A DNA stretch of 64,000 nucleotides from positions 1,920,001 through 1,984,000 of the forward strand of contig OZ223300.1 in the NCBI GenBank assembly GCA_965140705.1. Reading direction: 5' to 3'. Shown in pieces: positions 51,129 to 61,604 of the stretch (its first letter is position 1; each line of letters starts with the position of its first letter). The position numbers and the translations under genes were made by a program. Source of the DNA: an uncultured Arcobacter sp. GTDB lineage: Bacteria > Campylobacterota > Campylobacteria > Campylobacterales > Arcobacteraceae. The notes beneath the pieces are model-generated. The model was not told the origin of the DNA and did not search any database. It saw nothing but the letters and a program-made list of their open reading frames with translations.

Positions 51129-52808
51129 TTAAAATGTCATACCAAGTTGTAACATAAATCTAGTACTATAATCATCTCTACTAGTAACTTTAGCAGCTCC
51201 AAGTTTATGTGATAAGTTAGTATTCATAAAAAATCTTTTATAAGAAGCACTATAACTTAGTCCAATATCTTGTAAAGTTCTACTTTTCTCATTTGTAATA
51301 TTTCTACTCATATATACTCTTCCCACATCGTAAAAGATACCAATTTTTGAATTTAACTCATTAAATGAAGGTAAAGAATAAGTTACCTCAGTACTATAAA
51401 TATATCCATTTTCAGCACTCTCTTCTCCACTAGGATAAAATTTAACTCCATTTATTCCACCTAAACTCAAGTCTTCACTTCCATCTAGATTTTTATTTCC
51501 AAGAGCATATTGAAGTTGTAGTTTATTTTTCCAATTTATCTTCTCATTAAGTAAAGTATTGTTTTCTAACTCAATATTTATTTTTGAGAATCCTCCATTT
51601 GTATTTGCACCTTTTTTATCATCTGCTTCATCAACTGAATTATTAAAATTCAATCTACCAAAAGAAAGTGAAGTGTCTATTTTTGTTTGTGAATATTTAC
51701 CAAAAATAAGATGATTTTTTAAATAATCAACTCCAATTTTAGAAACTACTGTATTTTTTTCTACATTTGATGAAGTAGCTCTAATCTCATCTCTCATTTT
51801 ATTATATGATGTTCTTAAGTATGTATTTAAATTTTCATCTTTTGAACGAATAATTGGATAAGTAAATAAAGCCACAAAACTATCAGCACTTCCTAACGCA
51901 TCAAGATTTTTATATTTGTCTCCCAATTCATAAGTAGTTTTAGAGTAACTTACTTCTCCCCTCAATCCGTTTTCATATATGGGAAATCCATACCCAACTC
52001 TTCCATTTAATAAACCCATATCTTCAGAACTCAAAGCAGACAAAGAGATTTTATCTCCTATTTTAAAAGGAGAATTGATATCAACTCCTGCCATAACTCT
52101 ATATTTACCTGTATAATCTGAACCATAATTATCCCCAATAACATAACCATTGTATGGTTCAGTTGTTTGAGTTCCTATTATAAAGTCACTTGTGCCCACT
52201 TCTTTTCCAGCAGCAATTTTTGTACTACTTACTTTTACCCCAGGAGTATCATTGATTAAAAGTAGTGCTCTTTGTAAATCATTCAATGATATTACTTCTT
52301 TATTTTTTACAACATCAAGTTTAGCTTGTAAGATAGAGTCTTTGACTAAGGAACTATTTTTTAATTTAAACTCTCCATACTCCCCTTCTATAATTGCTAT
52401 TTTAAGTACTCCATCTTGTGCTTGTAAATCCTGAGTAGGTATATAAGCTCTTGCTACAAAATATCCCTCATCTCTATAGGCTTTAGTAATAAGAGCTACT
52501 ATCTCTTGAATCTCTTTAAAACTCAACTCTTTTGATTCATAAGGTTTTAAAACAGTCTGTAGTTTTTTAGTGCTTAGTTGAGTATTTCCACTTATTGAAT
52601 AACTTTTAATAAATACTTTTTTACCATCTTTAAAACTTTTTTTATACTCATCACTCTCTTGTTGTAAAGGAGGTAAAACTCTTTGTTTTTTTTCAATCTT
52701 AGGCGGTTTAACCTCTTTAAGTGCATCACTGATATTTGGTACATCAACAGCTTGTAGGTGAAGTGTTGCTATAGCAGATAAAATTATTCCTGTTGTAGTT
52801 TTTTTCAT
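51129..52808 (-). CDS. TpsB (ShlB/FhaC/HecB) two-partner secretion transporter
   Basis: POTRA (YRDEGYFVARAYIP), DNYG, SLGGINGVKFY loop, terminal Phe. Confidence 0.92.
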   Translation of the reverse strand: MKKTTTGIILSAIATLHLQAVDVPNISDALKEVKPPKIEKKQRVLPPLQQESDEYKKSFKDGKKVFIKSYSISGNTQLSTKKLQTVLKPYESKELSFKEIQEIVALITKAYRDEGYFVARAYIPTQDLQAQDGVLKIAIIEGEYGEFKLKNSSLVKDSILQAKLDVVKNKEVISLNDLQRALLLINDTPGVKVSSTKIAAGKEVGTSDFIIGTQTTEPYNGYVIGDNYGSDYTGKYRVMAGVDINSPFKIGDKISLSALSSEDMGLLNGRVGYGFPIYENGLRGEVSYSKTTYELGDKYKNLDALGSADSFVALFTYPIIRSKDENLNTYLRTSYNKMRDEIRATSSNVEKNTVVSKIGVDYLKNHLIFGKYSQTKIDTSLSFGRLNFNNSVDEADDKKGANTNGGFSKINIELENNTLLNEKINWKNKLQLQYALGNKNLDGSEDLSLGGINGVKFYPSGEESAENGYIYSTEVTYSLPSFNELNSKIGIFYDVGRVYMSRNITNEKSRTLQDIGLSYSASYKRFFMNTNLSHKLGAAKVTSRDDYSTRFMLQLGMTF

Positions 52809-52824
52809 TTTTAATATTCCTTAC

Positions 52825-55800
52825 TTATATTTTATTTTCTTCATCATTTTCATCATTGAAACTAAACTGTTGTTTACTTCCAAAGGGAAGATTTATTCCA
52901 CCATTTAATACTTGCATCACAATTCCTGGGATGAGTGCAAGTTCATTGGTATTGAGTTGTTGTAAGATTGTTTTTATATCTATTCCACTTTTTAGTAATG
53001 CTTCGATATCTTTATTTGTTAGTATTGTTTTATTTCTAATTGAACTAATAATTGAACTTAATTGTGATGCTGTATTTGTTTTAGTAACAGGAATATTTCC
53101 AATTTGAACACTATTATTAGCTGAATATGCTAAAAGTGATGGAAGTTCATAGTTACTAGCAAGTCCACCATTTGTTCCATCTTGTAGAGTTATCTCTTTT
53201 ATAAAGTTATTGGCTATAGGATTGCTTGAATTAGCTTTTGCTCCTGTATAGTCTAATGTTTCACTTCCTACTAGATTACCAAGTGTTACAAAGCCTGTAA
53301 GGTCAGCTGTTCCATCATAATCTTTTTTTGCTTCTAAGCTTAAGGCTCTTTTATTGATAACTAAACTACCATCTACAAAAGTGATGTTGTAGTTTTCATC
53401 TGTACCACTTAGGTTTGTATTATATGTACCTGCATTTTTACCACTTACATTATCTCCTGTAACTCCATCAAGTACAGCAACAGTTTCTCCAGTTACTAAA
53501 CCACTTGCAGTAAATCCACTTGAAGTTTGTGTAGTTCCATCATAAGTGGTAGTTTTAGAGTTTGCAGTTACTGTTATATCTTTTTTATTGGTAGTTAAAG
53601 TTCCTGTATCATAGTTTATAATATACCCTTGTTGAGAAGAGTACAGCCCATCTACATTTATTGTAGCAGTTCCTGCATTTTTTAAATCACCACTTGAAGT
53701 ATAAGCTAGAGTACCATTTACTAAAGAGTTATCATAAGTTGGAATTGAGTAAGTTACTCCTGTGCTTCCTCCATTATATACTGTACCATCATAAGTTCTT
53801 GTAACATCATTTGCTTTTACAGTAAGTTCTGTCATAAAAGCTCTTAAAAGTGGTCTTGTATGACCTTCATAGATTATCCAATCATTTGTAAAGTCAAAGC
53901 CTGCGTAAGTATCTTTACTAAAAGCATTTACAGTATTTGTTGAGCTGTAGATTCCTGTAGCTCCAGCTACACTTCCACCTTCAACTCCAAGTGTTTGTCC
54001 TGTAGTGTCTATATCCCAGTATGAGTTTGAGATGGTATTAGTAGATGAATAACTATAACCAACTAAGCCACCTCTTGGACCAGTTGAATTTATCTTTCCT
54101 GTAGAATATGAGTTTGTGATGGTTGAAGTATCACTAACTCCAACTAATCCACCAACAAAATTATTTCCACTTACATTTCCTGTAGAATATGAGTTTGTGA
54201 TGGTTGAAGTATCATTGTATCCAACTAATCCGCCAACTCTATCATCTGCACTTACATTTCCTGTAGAATATGAGTTTGTGATGGTTGAAGTATCACTAAC
54301 TCCAACTAATCCACCAACACTAGTATCTGCACTTACCTTTCCTGTAACATATGAGTTTGTGATGGTTGAAGTATCACTAACTCCAACTAATCCTCCAACA
54401 TAAAAATTTCCTGTAATATCTACATTGGTAAGACCAACATTTGAGATATTTGCACCATTGGTATAACCAAATAACCCTACATACTTTTCACTAGGTCTAT
54501 TGATATAAAGACCATCTATAACATAGCCTTTACCATCAAAGTTTCCTGTAAATCTTGTATCTATATTATTTGTAGAGCTATCTCCTATTTGTTTAAATCC
54601 TTTACCACTATTCCAGTTTCTTGTATCACTTGCATCAATGTTTGAACCTAGTTCATAAATACCATTAAGTGCAGTATTTGTAGCTTGGAGTTGATGAATA
54701 TTATTTATGATAACTTTTCCACCTGCATTAAAAACAACTCCATTGTTTGCGATAAAGTAAACTTCTCCATCACTATTATTTGTATTTTCTATTTTTGCAT
54801 TCATGATTACTTGATCATCTGCATTTAAAGTAAGTCTATTTGTGCTTGACCAAGTGATATCACTATTAACTGTAATATCTCCATCATCAGTTCCAGCTCC
54901 TACTGTTTCTACAGTCATATCTCCACTTGCTAGTTGAGATTGAATAGCACTTGCTAAACTTGCATCTATAGTTACATTTACTGGATCAATAAGCCATTCT
55001 CCTGCTTCTATCTTTGCACCATTAAAATTAAAGTGTTTCCCTGAAGTCTCTACAAACCCACCTTTAGCTTTTATAGTTCCAGCTATATTTGCAGTTCCTC
55101 CATGGGCATAAAGTTCCACATGTCCTGAAATACCATCTAGTGAGTTTGCTTCTATGATTCCTGTATTATTTACTACTCCTCTTAAAAGTTCATCTACTGC
55201 ATGAGTAGTTAGATATACTTCTCCACCATCTGCTAGTATAGTTCCTGAGTTTTCAACTAGGGCATCTAAAGTTCCTTTATCTACAGACAAGTCTATTAAA
55301 GAGTTACCATTTAGATTTATAGTATATTCATCAGCTCCTGTTAGTTGTACTCTTCCTTTTATAGCTTCTATAGTTCCACTATTTTTAGCTTCATTTGAAG
55401 CAAAGATTACATAACCATTATTTTTAACTTTTATAGTACCTTGGTTGATAACAGATTCTGTTGAATCTCCTGTAAAACTATAGTTTCCATTTTGAAAGTT
55501 AGTATCACTTATATTTTTAGTTGTAGCTAATAGTCCACTAGTATTTATTGAAGCATTTTTACCAAATAAAACTCCATTTGAGTTTAATATCCAAACTTGA
55601 CCATTGGCATTAAGTGCACCATCTATTATACTTCTTTCATTTCCTATTACTCTATTTAAAGTTATACTATTTACATTTGGTTGATTGAAGTTTACTGTTT
55701 CATGTGAGGCTATATTAAACTTATTCCAGTTTATACTAGCCTTTTGTGTGGATTGGTTTATATTGGTTGTATTTCCATTTTGAGAAATAGTAGCAGACCC

Positions 55801-55932
55801 TGAAGTAACCACTCCCCCACTAGGAGCTGCAAAGCTTAAGCTTACACCTCCTAATAAAGCACTTACTACTAAGCTTATCTTTCCACCTTTTAGGATACGG
55901 AATCTATTTGAATAGTTATGATTTGATTTCAT
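52825..55932 (-). CDS. TpsA exoprotein: FHA N-terminal TPS domain, GLUG repeats, MBG/YDG-like domains
   Basis: Extended signal RFRILKGGKISL, INWNKFNI, ANGQVWILNSNGV, WLIDP, VGGLVG repeats, RTYDG. Confidence 0.92.
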   Translation of the reverse strand: MKSNHNYSNRFRILKGGKISLVVSALLGGVSLSFAAPSGGVVTSGSATISQNGNTTNINQSTQKASINWNKFNIASHETVNFNQPNVNSITLNRVIGNERSIIDGALNANGQVWILNSNGVLFGKNASINTSGLLATTKNISDTNFQNGNYSFTGDSTESVINQGTIKVKNNGYVIFASNEAKNSGTIEAIKGRVQLTGADEYTINLNGNSLIDLSVDKGTLDALVENSGTILADGGEVYLTTHAVDELLRGVVNNTGIIEANSLDGISGHVELYAHGGTANIAGTIKAKGGFVETSGKHFNFNGAKIEAGEWLIDPVNVTIDASLASAIQSQLASGDMTVETVGAGTDDGDITVNSDITWSSTNRLTLNADDQVIMNAKIENTNNSDGEVYFIANNGVVFNAGGKVIINNIHQLQATNTALNGIYELGSNIDASDTRNWNSGKGFKQIGDSSTNNIDTRFTGNFDGKGYVIDGLYINRPSEKYVGLFGYTNGANISNVGLTNVDITGNFYVGGLVGVSDTSTITNSYVTGKVSADTSVGGLVGVSDTSTITNSYSTGNVSADDRVGGLVGYNDTSTITNSYSTGNVSGNNFVGGLVGVSDTSTITNSYSTGKINSTGPRGGLVGYSYSSTNTISNSYWDIDTTGQTLGVEGGSVAGATGIYSSTNTVNAFSKDTYAGFDFTNDWIIYEGHTRPLLRAFMTELTVKANDVTRTYDGTVYNGGSTGVTYSIPTYDNSLVNGTLAYTSSGDLKNAGTATINVDGLYSSQQGYIINYDTGTLTTNKKDITVTANSKTTTYDGTTQTSSGFTASGLVTGETVAVLDGVTGDNVSGKNAGTYNTNLSGTDENYNITFVDGSLVINKRALSLEAKKDYDGTADLTGFVTLGNLVGSETLDYTGAKANSSNPIANNFIKEITLQDGTNGGLASNYELPSLLAYSANNSVQIGNIPVTKTNTASQLSSIISSIRNKTILTNKDIEALLKSGIDIKTILQQLNTNELALIPGIVMQVLNGGINLPFGSKQQFSFNDENDEENKI
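54098..54400 (-). repeat. 81-bp tandem coding repeat (about 4 GLUG units)
   Basis: cctgta(g/a).atatgagtttgtgatggttgaagtatca starts at 54098, 54179, 54260, 54341. Confidence 0.9.
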
Positions 55933-55983
55933 GATATAATCCTTGAATAAGAAGAACCTTTCTTCTTCTCTCTTTTATTCAAG

Positions 55984-56021
55984 TATTATATTTAGCTATC
56001 GTTATATTCACCGTTACTTTT
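55984..56021 (-). promoter_or_regulatory. Putative tpsA promoter, homologous to the autotransporter promoter
   Basis: AAAAGTAACGGTGAATATAACGATAGCTAAATATAATA aligns without gaps to 61557-61594. Confidence 0.6.
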
Positions 56022-57443
56022 TTCTTTTCTTAAAATTTCTAATGAATTCTTTGCTTTTTTATTATCAGGGTCAAGTTCAAGAATTTTTTTAAAGTTCTTT
56101 TCTGCTTTTTTAAAATCACCTTTTTTGTAGTAAATGAAGCCTAAAGATTCATAACTTTGTAATATTGAAGCATCATTTTTAATAACATCATAAAGTATCT
56201 CTTCAGCTTCATCATATCTGCCTAAATCTCCCAAAGCTATCGCCATATTAAAAGTAGCTGGAAGGTAGTCACTTTGTATCTCTAAGGCTTTTTTAAAATA
56301 GATAATTGCTTCTTCCTTTTTATTTTCATTAAACAAATCTATCCCTTTTTCAAAGTGAGGAGTTGCTAGTTCAAGTTTTGTTTCTAGCATCTTAATTTGT
56401 TCTATGTCTTCTGAAGATATAACATAATTTTCTTTTGACTCTTGGCTAGTAAAATCAAGCATTTCTACTTTTTTATGGGGAAGAATTGTTATGGCAAATA
56501 CTTCATCTAATCCACTTGTAAACTCTACAAAAGAGACAACTTCTCCTGTTTTTATATTGACTATCCATACTCCACTAACTCTTTTAGGAAGTTTTGTAAT
56601 TTCAAGTCCTGAGAATGTTGCACTTTCTCTCACCTTTGAAACTCCAATAAAAGCAAAATCTCCAACTATATCAAGACCTCTTGTAAAACCTGGAACTTTT
56701 GCTATTTCAACAAGTTTTTTCTTTTTAAAATCAAAATAACTAATAGTACCTTTTCCTGATTCTAAAAGATACAATCTATCTTTATGCCATCTAGGAGAGT
56801 GTGGCATAGAAAGTCCCTCTGCTAAAATTTTATTGCTTTTTATATCAATCAATAATCCACCATTTGCTTTATTAGCTCTCCAGCCCAATGGTTCATCAGT
56901 AAGTCCAAGCATTGTAACATACCTTGGTTCTCCATCCCTTGTACAAAAACCATTTAAGTGGCATTTATCAACAGGTTGTAAAAGTGAAATGAAAGGTGGT
57001 TTCCATATTGGTTTGAAGCTATTGTGGGGTTCTTGAATGCAAAGACAAGAGAATTTTGTATTGATAAAATAAAGTTGATCTTTGCAATATTCCATTTCAT
57101 GAATATCTATATCTCCCGTAAAGTGAATATTTTGTGGCATATAGCAGGCATCAAAATTACCTTTCATATTTTGTGCAACACCTGTGTAGTTGCTAAACTG
57201 ATATATACCATGTCCTAAACCAGCAAAGAGCTTTCCCTCTTTCTTACACATTCCCATAGGTCTTGGAAACTCTTTATATCGTATATCAAATTGGTCATTT
57301 TCTTGACCTATTATCATTATTTTATTTGTTTGATAAGTTGAAAGTAAAATAGTTGTGTTAGTTTCTTTAAAAAATTTTACAATATTTTGTGAATAGGTAA
57401 AGTCTATTTTTTGTTGCATAATCTGTTTATCATTGTTATTCAT
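55992..57443 (-). CDS. TIGR03032 / DUF4915 family protein with C-terminal TPR
   Basis: STYQ, FPRPMG, TGDIDIHEM, DKCHLNG, GLSMPHSPRW, PGFTRGL, GVSKVRE; TPR-like helices at the C-terminus. Confidence 0.85.
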   Translation of the reverse strand: MNNNDKQIMQQKIDFTYSQNIVKFFKETNTTILLSTYQTNKIMIIGQENDQFDIRYKEFPRPMGMCKKEGKLFAGLGHGIYQFSNYTGVAQNMKGNFDACYMPQNIHFTGDIDIHEMEYCKDQLYFINTKFSCLCIQEPHNSFKPIWKPPFISLLQPVDKCHLNGFCTRDGEPRYVTMLGLTDEPLGWRANKANGGLLIDIKSNKILAEGLSMPHSPRWHKDRLYLLESGKGTISYFDFKKKKLVEIAKVPGFTRGLDIVGDFAFIGVSKVRESATFSGLEITKLPKRVSGVWIVNIKTGEVVSFVEFTSGLDEVFAITILPHKKVEMLDFTSQESKENYVISSEDIEQIKMLETKLELATPHFEKGIDLFNENKKEEAIIYFKKALEIQSDYLPATFNMAIALGDLGRYDEAEEILYDVIKNDASILQSYESLGFIYYKKGDFKKAEKNFKKILELDPDNKKAKNSLEILRKEKSNGEYNDS

Positions 57444-58102
57444 TCTTTTAAATCCTTTAAATAATTGAATCTTTTTAAATAGTTAATTACTTCTTCACTG
57501 GCTTGTTCTATTGTTAACTCATTAGTTTTTAAGTGTATCTCTGAATTTATAGGTACTTCATAAGGACTATCTATCCCAGTAAAATCTTTAATCTTTCCCT
57601 CTTTAACTTTTTTATATAATCCCTTAGGATCCCTTTGTTCACATATTTCTAGTGAAGTATCTATAAAAATTTCTATAAATTCATCTTCTTTCACCAACTT
57701 TCTTGCCAATTCTCTATCTCTTTGAAAAGGAGAAATAAATGCAGTGAGTACAATACTTCCACTATCAACAAAAAGTTTTGCAACTTCACTTATTCTTCTA
57801 ATATTTTCCGTTCTGTCTTTTTCACTAAAGCCTAAATCTCTATTTAATCCATGTCTTATATTATCACCATCAAGAAGATATGTTTTTATACCCATTTTAT
57901 AAAGCTTTACTTCAAGTACATTTGCAATTGTAGATTTACCACTTCCACTAAGTCCAGTAAACCACAATATACATGGCTTTTGAGAAAGTTGTTTAACTCT
58001 ATCTTCTTTTGTAATATGATTATCGTACCAAATTATATTATTTGTCATTAATTCTGATTCAAGTTGTTTTAAAGGTTTTATTTTTTGTTCACTATTTTTC
58101 AA
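57440..58102 (-). CDS. cysC: Adenylyl-sulfate (APS) kinase
   Basis: WFTGLSGSGKST, LDGDNIRHGL, RDPKGLY, FTGIDSPYE. Confidence 0.95.
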   Translation of the reverse strand: MKNSEQKIKPLKQLESELMTNNIIWYDNHITKEDRVKQLSQKPCILWFTGLSGSGKSTIANVLEVKLYKMGIKTYLLDGDNIRHGLNRDLGFSEKDRTENIRRISEVAKLFVDSGSIVLTAFISPFQRDRELARKLVKEDEFIEIFIDTSLEICEQRDPKGLYKKVKEGKIKDFTGIDSPYEVPINSEIHLKTNELTIEQASEEVINYLKRFNYLKDLKE

Positions 58103-58919
58103 GAATACTATCCTTTAAAAATTCCTTATATGATTTTTCCCAACCTTTTGAATGGCTTGCATCATAAATTTTATATTTTATATTTGTTTTATTATGAAAT
58201 TTACTTTTATATGAGAAAAAAATCTCTTTAGGGATTATCCTATCATTTTTTCCTATGAGATGATACTGTTTTATATTCTCAAGTTTTGAAGTATAATCAA
58301 TGGGATTTAATGAACCATTAAGTGGGTAAATATTATGAATATCCACCCATTTTGTAGGATTTAAATTTCCAGCTATTGTGATAAGTTTATTTATATCATC
58401 TCGTTTTGCGGCTATAAGTGTAACTATAGCCCCGCCACCAGAATATCCAATAAGTGTAAAAGTAGTATTGTCATATTTTAATTTGACATTATTAAGTACT
58501 TCATCATAACTTTGTATTACTATGTTACTAAACCTATGGCTTATCCAGTATTTATTATCACAATTTTTTTTACTAAGATATTGGCAAGGACGAGCAAGAT
58601 ATATTTTACAAGAAGAATTATCCATATTCATAAGTTTTAATCCAAGAGGATTTATAGGTGTTGGATTTTTAGAAATTCTATTTCTACTTATCCAAGCTAA
58701 GCCATCCCCTTCTATATAAACTTTTATATTTTTGCACTCTTTAATATTTGTTTGTAATGAAAAAATATCAAATTCTTTTGTATTATATATTTGTTCTTTC
58801 AGATTATATTTATTTCCAAGAGATAAAGCAGTTGCTTTTCTCTCTTGAGGTGTTGGTACATTTTGTGAGCAACCTACGATAAAAAAAGTTAAAAAAAATA
58901 GATATGTAAAAAGTCTCAT
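58092..58919 (-). CDS. Alpha/beta-hydrolase lipoprotein
   Basis: IVGC lipobox, VYIEGDG, ARPCQY, GYSGG nucleophile elbow. Confidence 0.85.
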   Translation of the reverse strand: MRLFTYLFFLTFFIVGCSQNVPTPQERKATALSLGNKYNLKEQIYNTKEFDIFSLQTNIKECKNIKVYIEGDGLAWISRNRISKNPTPINPLGLKLMNMDNSSCKIYLARPCQYLSKKNCDNKYWISHRFSNIVIQSYDEVLNNVKLKYDNTTFTLIGYSGGGAIVTLIAAKRDDINKLITIAGNLNPTKWVDIHNIYPLNGSLNPIDYTSKLENIKQYHLIGKNDRIIPKEIFFSYKSKFHNKTNIKYKIYDASHSKGWEKSYKEFLKDSILEK

Positions 58920-58943
58920 AGTATATTATAGTCTAAATCCATT

Positions 58944-61511
58944 TTAAAACTTCAATACATACTTTGCTGAAAAAGTATTGTTTGCAAAATCGCTTCCTTG
59001 ACCTTGCCTATTGTAAGAAAAGTTAATATTTGAAGTGTCATTGATATCCATTTCATATCCAACTCCTAAATCATAAGACCATCTTCCATTATCTATTCCT
59101 GTTGTATCAAAACTAACGCCAGTTGCACCTTGATAAGATGCTGTTACACTTTGTTGTCTATCATGTAAATTATATCCAATATTTATACTTCCAACTATTC
59201 TTGAATCATTATTAAGTTTATAATTTGCAAGAGTTCCTACTCCTAAAAGTAGTTCAGTAGAGGTAAACTTTTTAATATCAAGATTTAAAGCACCTGCTCC
59301 TGTTTCACTATATGATGGATTTGTAAAGTGCCTATAAGTTGTGCTTATCATTGGTTGTAAAAGCAAGTCATCATTGATTCTATAATCTCTTACTAATTTT
59401 AAATCTAGTGATGCTGTTTTTGATGTATATTTAGATCTTGCAGTATCTCCTGTAAAAATACTTCTCTCACCATTTGTTTTTTGCCAAGAATAACCCAATT
59501 GATAAAGAAGATTTGTTTTTTCATCTAGTACAGGTACATTTCCATATACCAGTGTTGTAAATACATCTAAATCAGATTTTTGAGAAACATTATTCACATC
59601 GACATTAGCATTAGTATAAAAAAATCCAAATCCAAGTGTTTGGTTTGGTTTATATTCTCCATCTATACCCACACCTATACCATGTGCTTTTAAATCAAAT
59701 CCATTTAGTCCATCTTTATCATTTTGAGAACCAAATGATCCAAATGGTTTTATCCAAACAGATTTTTGGCTAAACATTTCATCTCCAGAGTTTAATCCAC
59801 CCATAGTGATATTTTGCCTTTGGTCTACGATACCTGTTATTGTATTTGATATTTGTCCTACTGCACTTACAGTTGAACCTGTATTTTGTGGTGTAGTTGA
59901 CTCTACAGCTTTTGATACTGCTTGATTTGTTGGAAGCTTATTAAGTGCTGTAAACACTGGTGCCATTGCTGTATTTGTACCTGTATTTTGAATAGTTTGT
60001 AAGGCAGATGCTGCTGCTTTTGCTGGACTATTCCCTCCTCCTGTTGTTGCATTAAGAAGTGTTGTTCCTTCAACTACATTTAAATCTAGCGTTTCCCCAT
60101 CTTTTACATATTCAAAATTTAAAAGAGCTGAATTATCTGTGATATTTAGTTTACCTTCTAGTGTTAAACTATTGGATGCAGTTACAATATTATCAAGCTT
60201 TTGTCCTATCAATAGTTCACTATTTGTAGAAGAGCTCAATACATTGACATCTATTGTACTTCCATCTTCAAAAGTTGCATCGTCTGTACTTAATTGAGAA
60301 TAAGTTGTCATTGAACCATCTGTGAAAAGACCTATTTGTAGTTTTCCTGTTTGTGTTTGAGTAAAGTTATTTATAAAAGCATTGTCAGTTCCTGTTGCAT
60401 TATAAGGCAAAGAAATAAGACCTTTATTAGTAAAACTTTGACCTTTTATATAGATATTTCCATAAAGTTTTCCATTGGTATCATTAAGAACAGTTGATGT
60501 AGAGTCTCCATTTTGAACTCCTATAGAAAATGCTTTGCCATCTGCTTTATTATTTATGGTTGACTTAATAGTTCCATTGTTTGTGATACTTGAGTGATCA
60601 TCCAAATTAAGTACAGTAATTCCCATTGCATGGCTTGTTCCTGTAGTGTTTATAGTACCATTGTTTGTGATACTTGAATTTTCTTTTACATTATTTGTTA
60701 TTATACCTCTTGCAATATCTCCACTTACTGTGATGGTTCCAGAATTTACTATAGAACTCTCACCTTTAGTATATGCACTTTTAATACCTCTAGCATCCAG
60801 ATAAGCATCAACTGTGATATTTCCAGTATTTTCAATAGTAGAATAATTGGTATTGTCCTTACTATAAATACCTGTTGCTTGATTTTCTTCTGAAGTAGCA
60901 GTTATGGTTCCAGCATTTCTAATAGTACTATAATAATCATTATATTGATTAGTAATACCAACTACATCACTTTTTTCTGAGCTAACGTTTATGGTTCCGG
61001 TGTTTGTAATAGATCCATAATTACGATAACTACTAATACCATAAGCAGAACCAAAAGCATCAACTGTGATAATCCCACTGTTTTCTAATCTAAAACTATT
61101 TTCATAAACATCTATACCTGTGGCTGAATCATTTGTTGATGTTGCAGTGATAGTTCCAGAATTAGTAATAGTCCCGTAATTATGGTCATCTAATCTAATA
61201 GCAATAGCAGATTGTGCTCTTTTTACCTCTATTTTTCCTGCATTTGATATAAAGTGAGAGTCACCTATATCATTTGAGTTTGTTGTTACTGCAAAAGCTG
61301 TATCATCTATAATAGTAATAGACCCTGTAGAGGTTATATCTATATCCGTAGTGGTTGTATCATGAGATTGTGTTGTTGTAACAGCAGTAGTTATTTGTGC
61401 AGCATCACTTACACTAATAATACTTCCTAATAACAAAGAACTTACTATTAGACTTATCTTTCCACCTTTTAGGATTCTAAACCTTGATTTATAATCAATA
61501 TTATTTTTCAT
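58944..61511 (-). CDS. Autotransporter (type Va) adhesin-like protein
   Basis: Extended signal RFRILKGGKISL, I.N.G.I beta-helix repeats, VWIKPFGS barrel start, terminal YVLKF. Confidence 0.92.
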   Translation of the reverse strand: MKNNIDYKSRFRILKGGKISLIVSSLLLGSIISVSDAAQITTAVTTTQSHDTTTTDIDITSTGSITIIDDTAFAVTTNSNDIGDSHFISNAGKIEVKRAQSAIAIRLDDHNYGTITNSGTITATSTNDSATGIDVYENSFRLENSGIITVDAFGSAYGISSYRNYGSITNTGTINVSSEKSDVVGITNQYNDYYSTIRNAGTITATSEENQATGIYSKDNTNYSTIENTGNITVDAYLDARGIKSAYTKGESSIVNSGTITVSGDIARGIITNNVKENSSITNNGTINTTGTSHAMGITVLNLDDHSSITNNGTIKSTINNKADGKAFSIGVQNGDSTSTVLNDTNGKLYGNIYIKGQSFTNKGLISLPYNATGTDNAFINNFTQTQTGKLQIGLFTDGSMTTYSQLSTDDATFEDGSTIDVNVLSSSTNSELLIGQKLDNIVTASNSLTLEGKLNITDNSALLNFEYVKDGETLDLNVVEGTTLLNATTGGGNSPAKAAASALQTIQNTGTNTAMAPVFTALNKLPTNQAVSKAVESTTPQNTGSTVSAVGQISNTITGIVDQRQNITMGGLNSGDEMFSQKSVWIKPFGSFGSQNDKDGLNGFDLKAHGIGVGIDGEYKPNQTLGFGFFYTNANVDVNNVSQKSDLDVFTTLVYGNVPVLDEKTNLLYQLGYSWQKTNGERSIFTGDTARSKYTSKTASLDLKLVRDYRINDDLLLQPMISTTYRHFTNPSYSETGAGALNLDIKKFTSTELLLGVGTLANYKLNNDSRIVGSINIGYNLHDRQQSVTASYQGATGVSFDTTGIDNGRWSYDLGVGYEMDINDTSNINFSYNRQGQGSDFANNTFSAKYVLKF

Positions 61512-61556
61512 AATTCTCCTTAAATACGAAAAAGTTATCTTTTTCTTGTATATGAA

Positions 61557-61594
61557 TATTATATTTATCTTCCGTTACTTTTGTTGTTACTTTT
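61557..61594 (-). promoter_or_regulatory. Putative autotransporter promoter with AAAAGTAAC direct repeat
   Basis: AAAAGTAAC-aac-AAAAGTAAC...TATAAT. Confidence 0.6.
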
Positions 61595-61604
61595 TTATAT
61601 AAAA

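Noticed and set aside
54098..54400. CRISPR-like periodic repeat
   Set aside because: The 81-bp period is in frame within tpsA (GLUG units), there are no unique spacers and no cas genes
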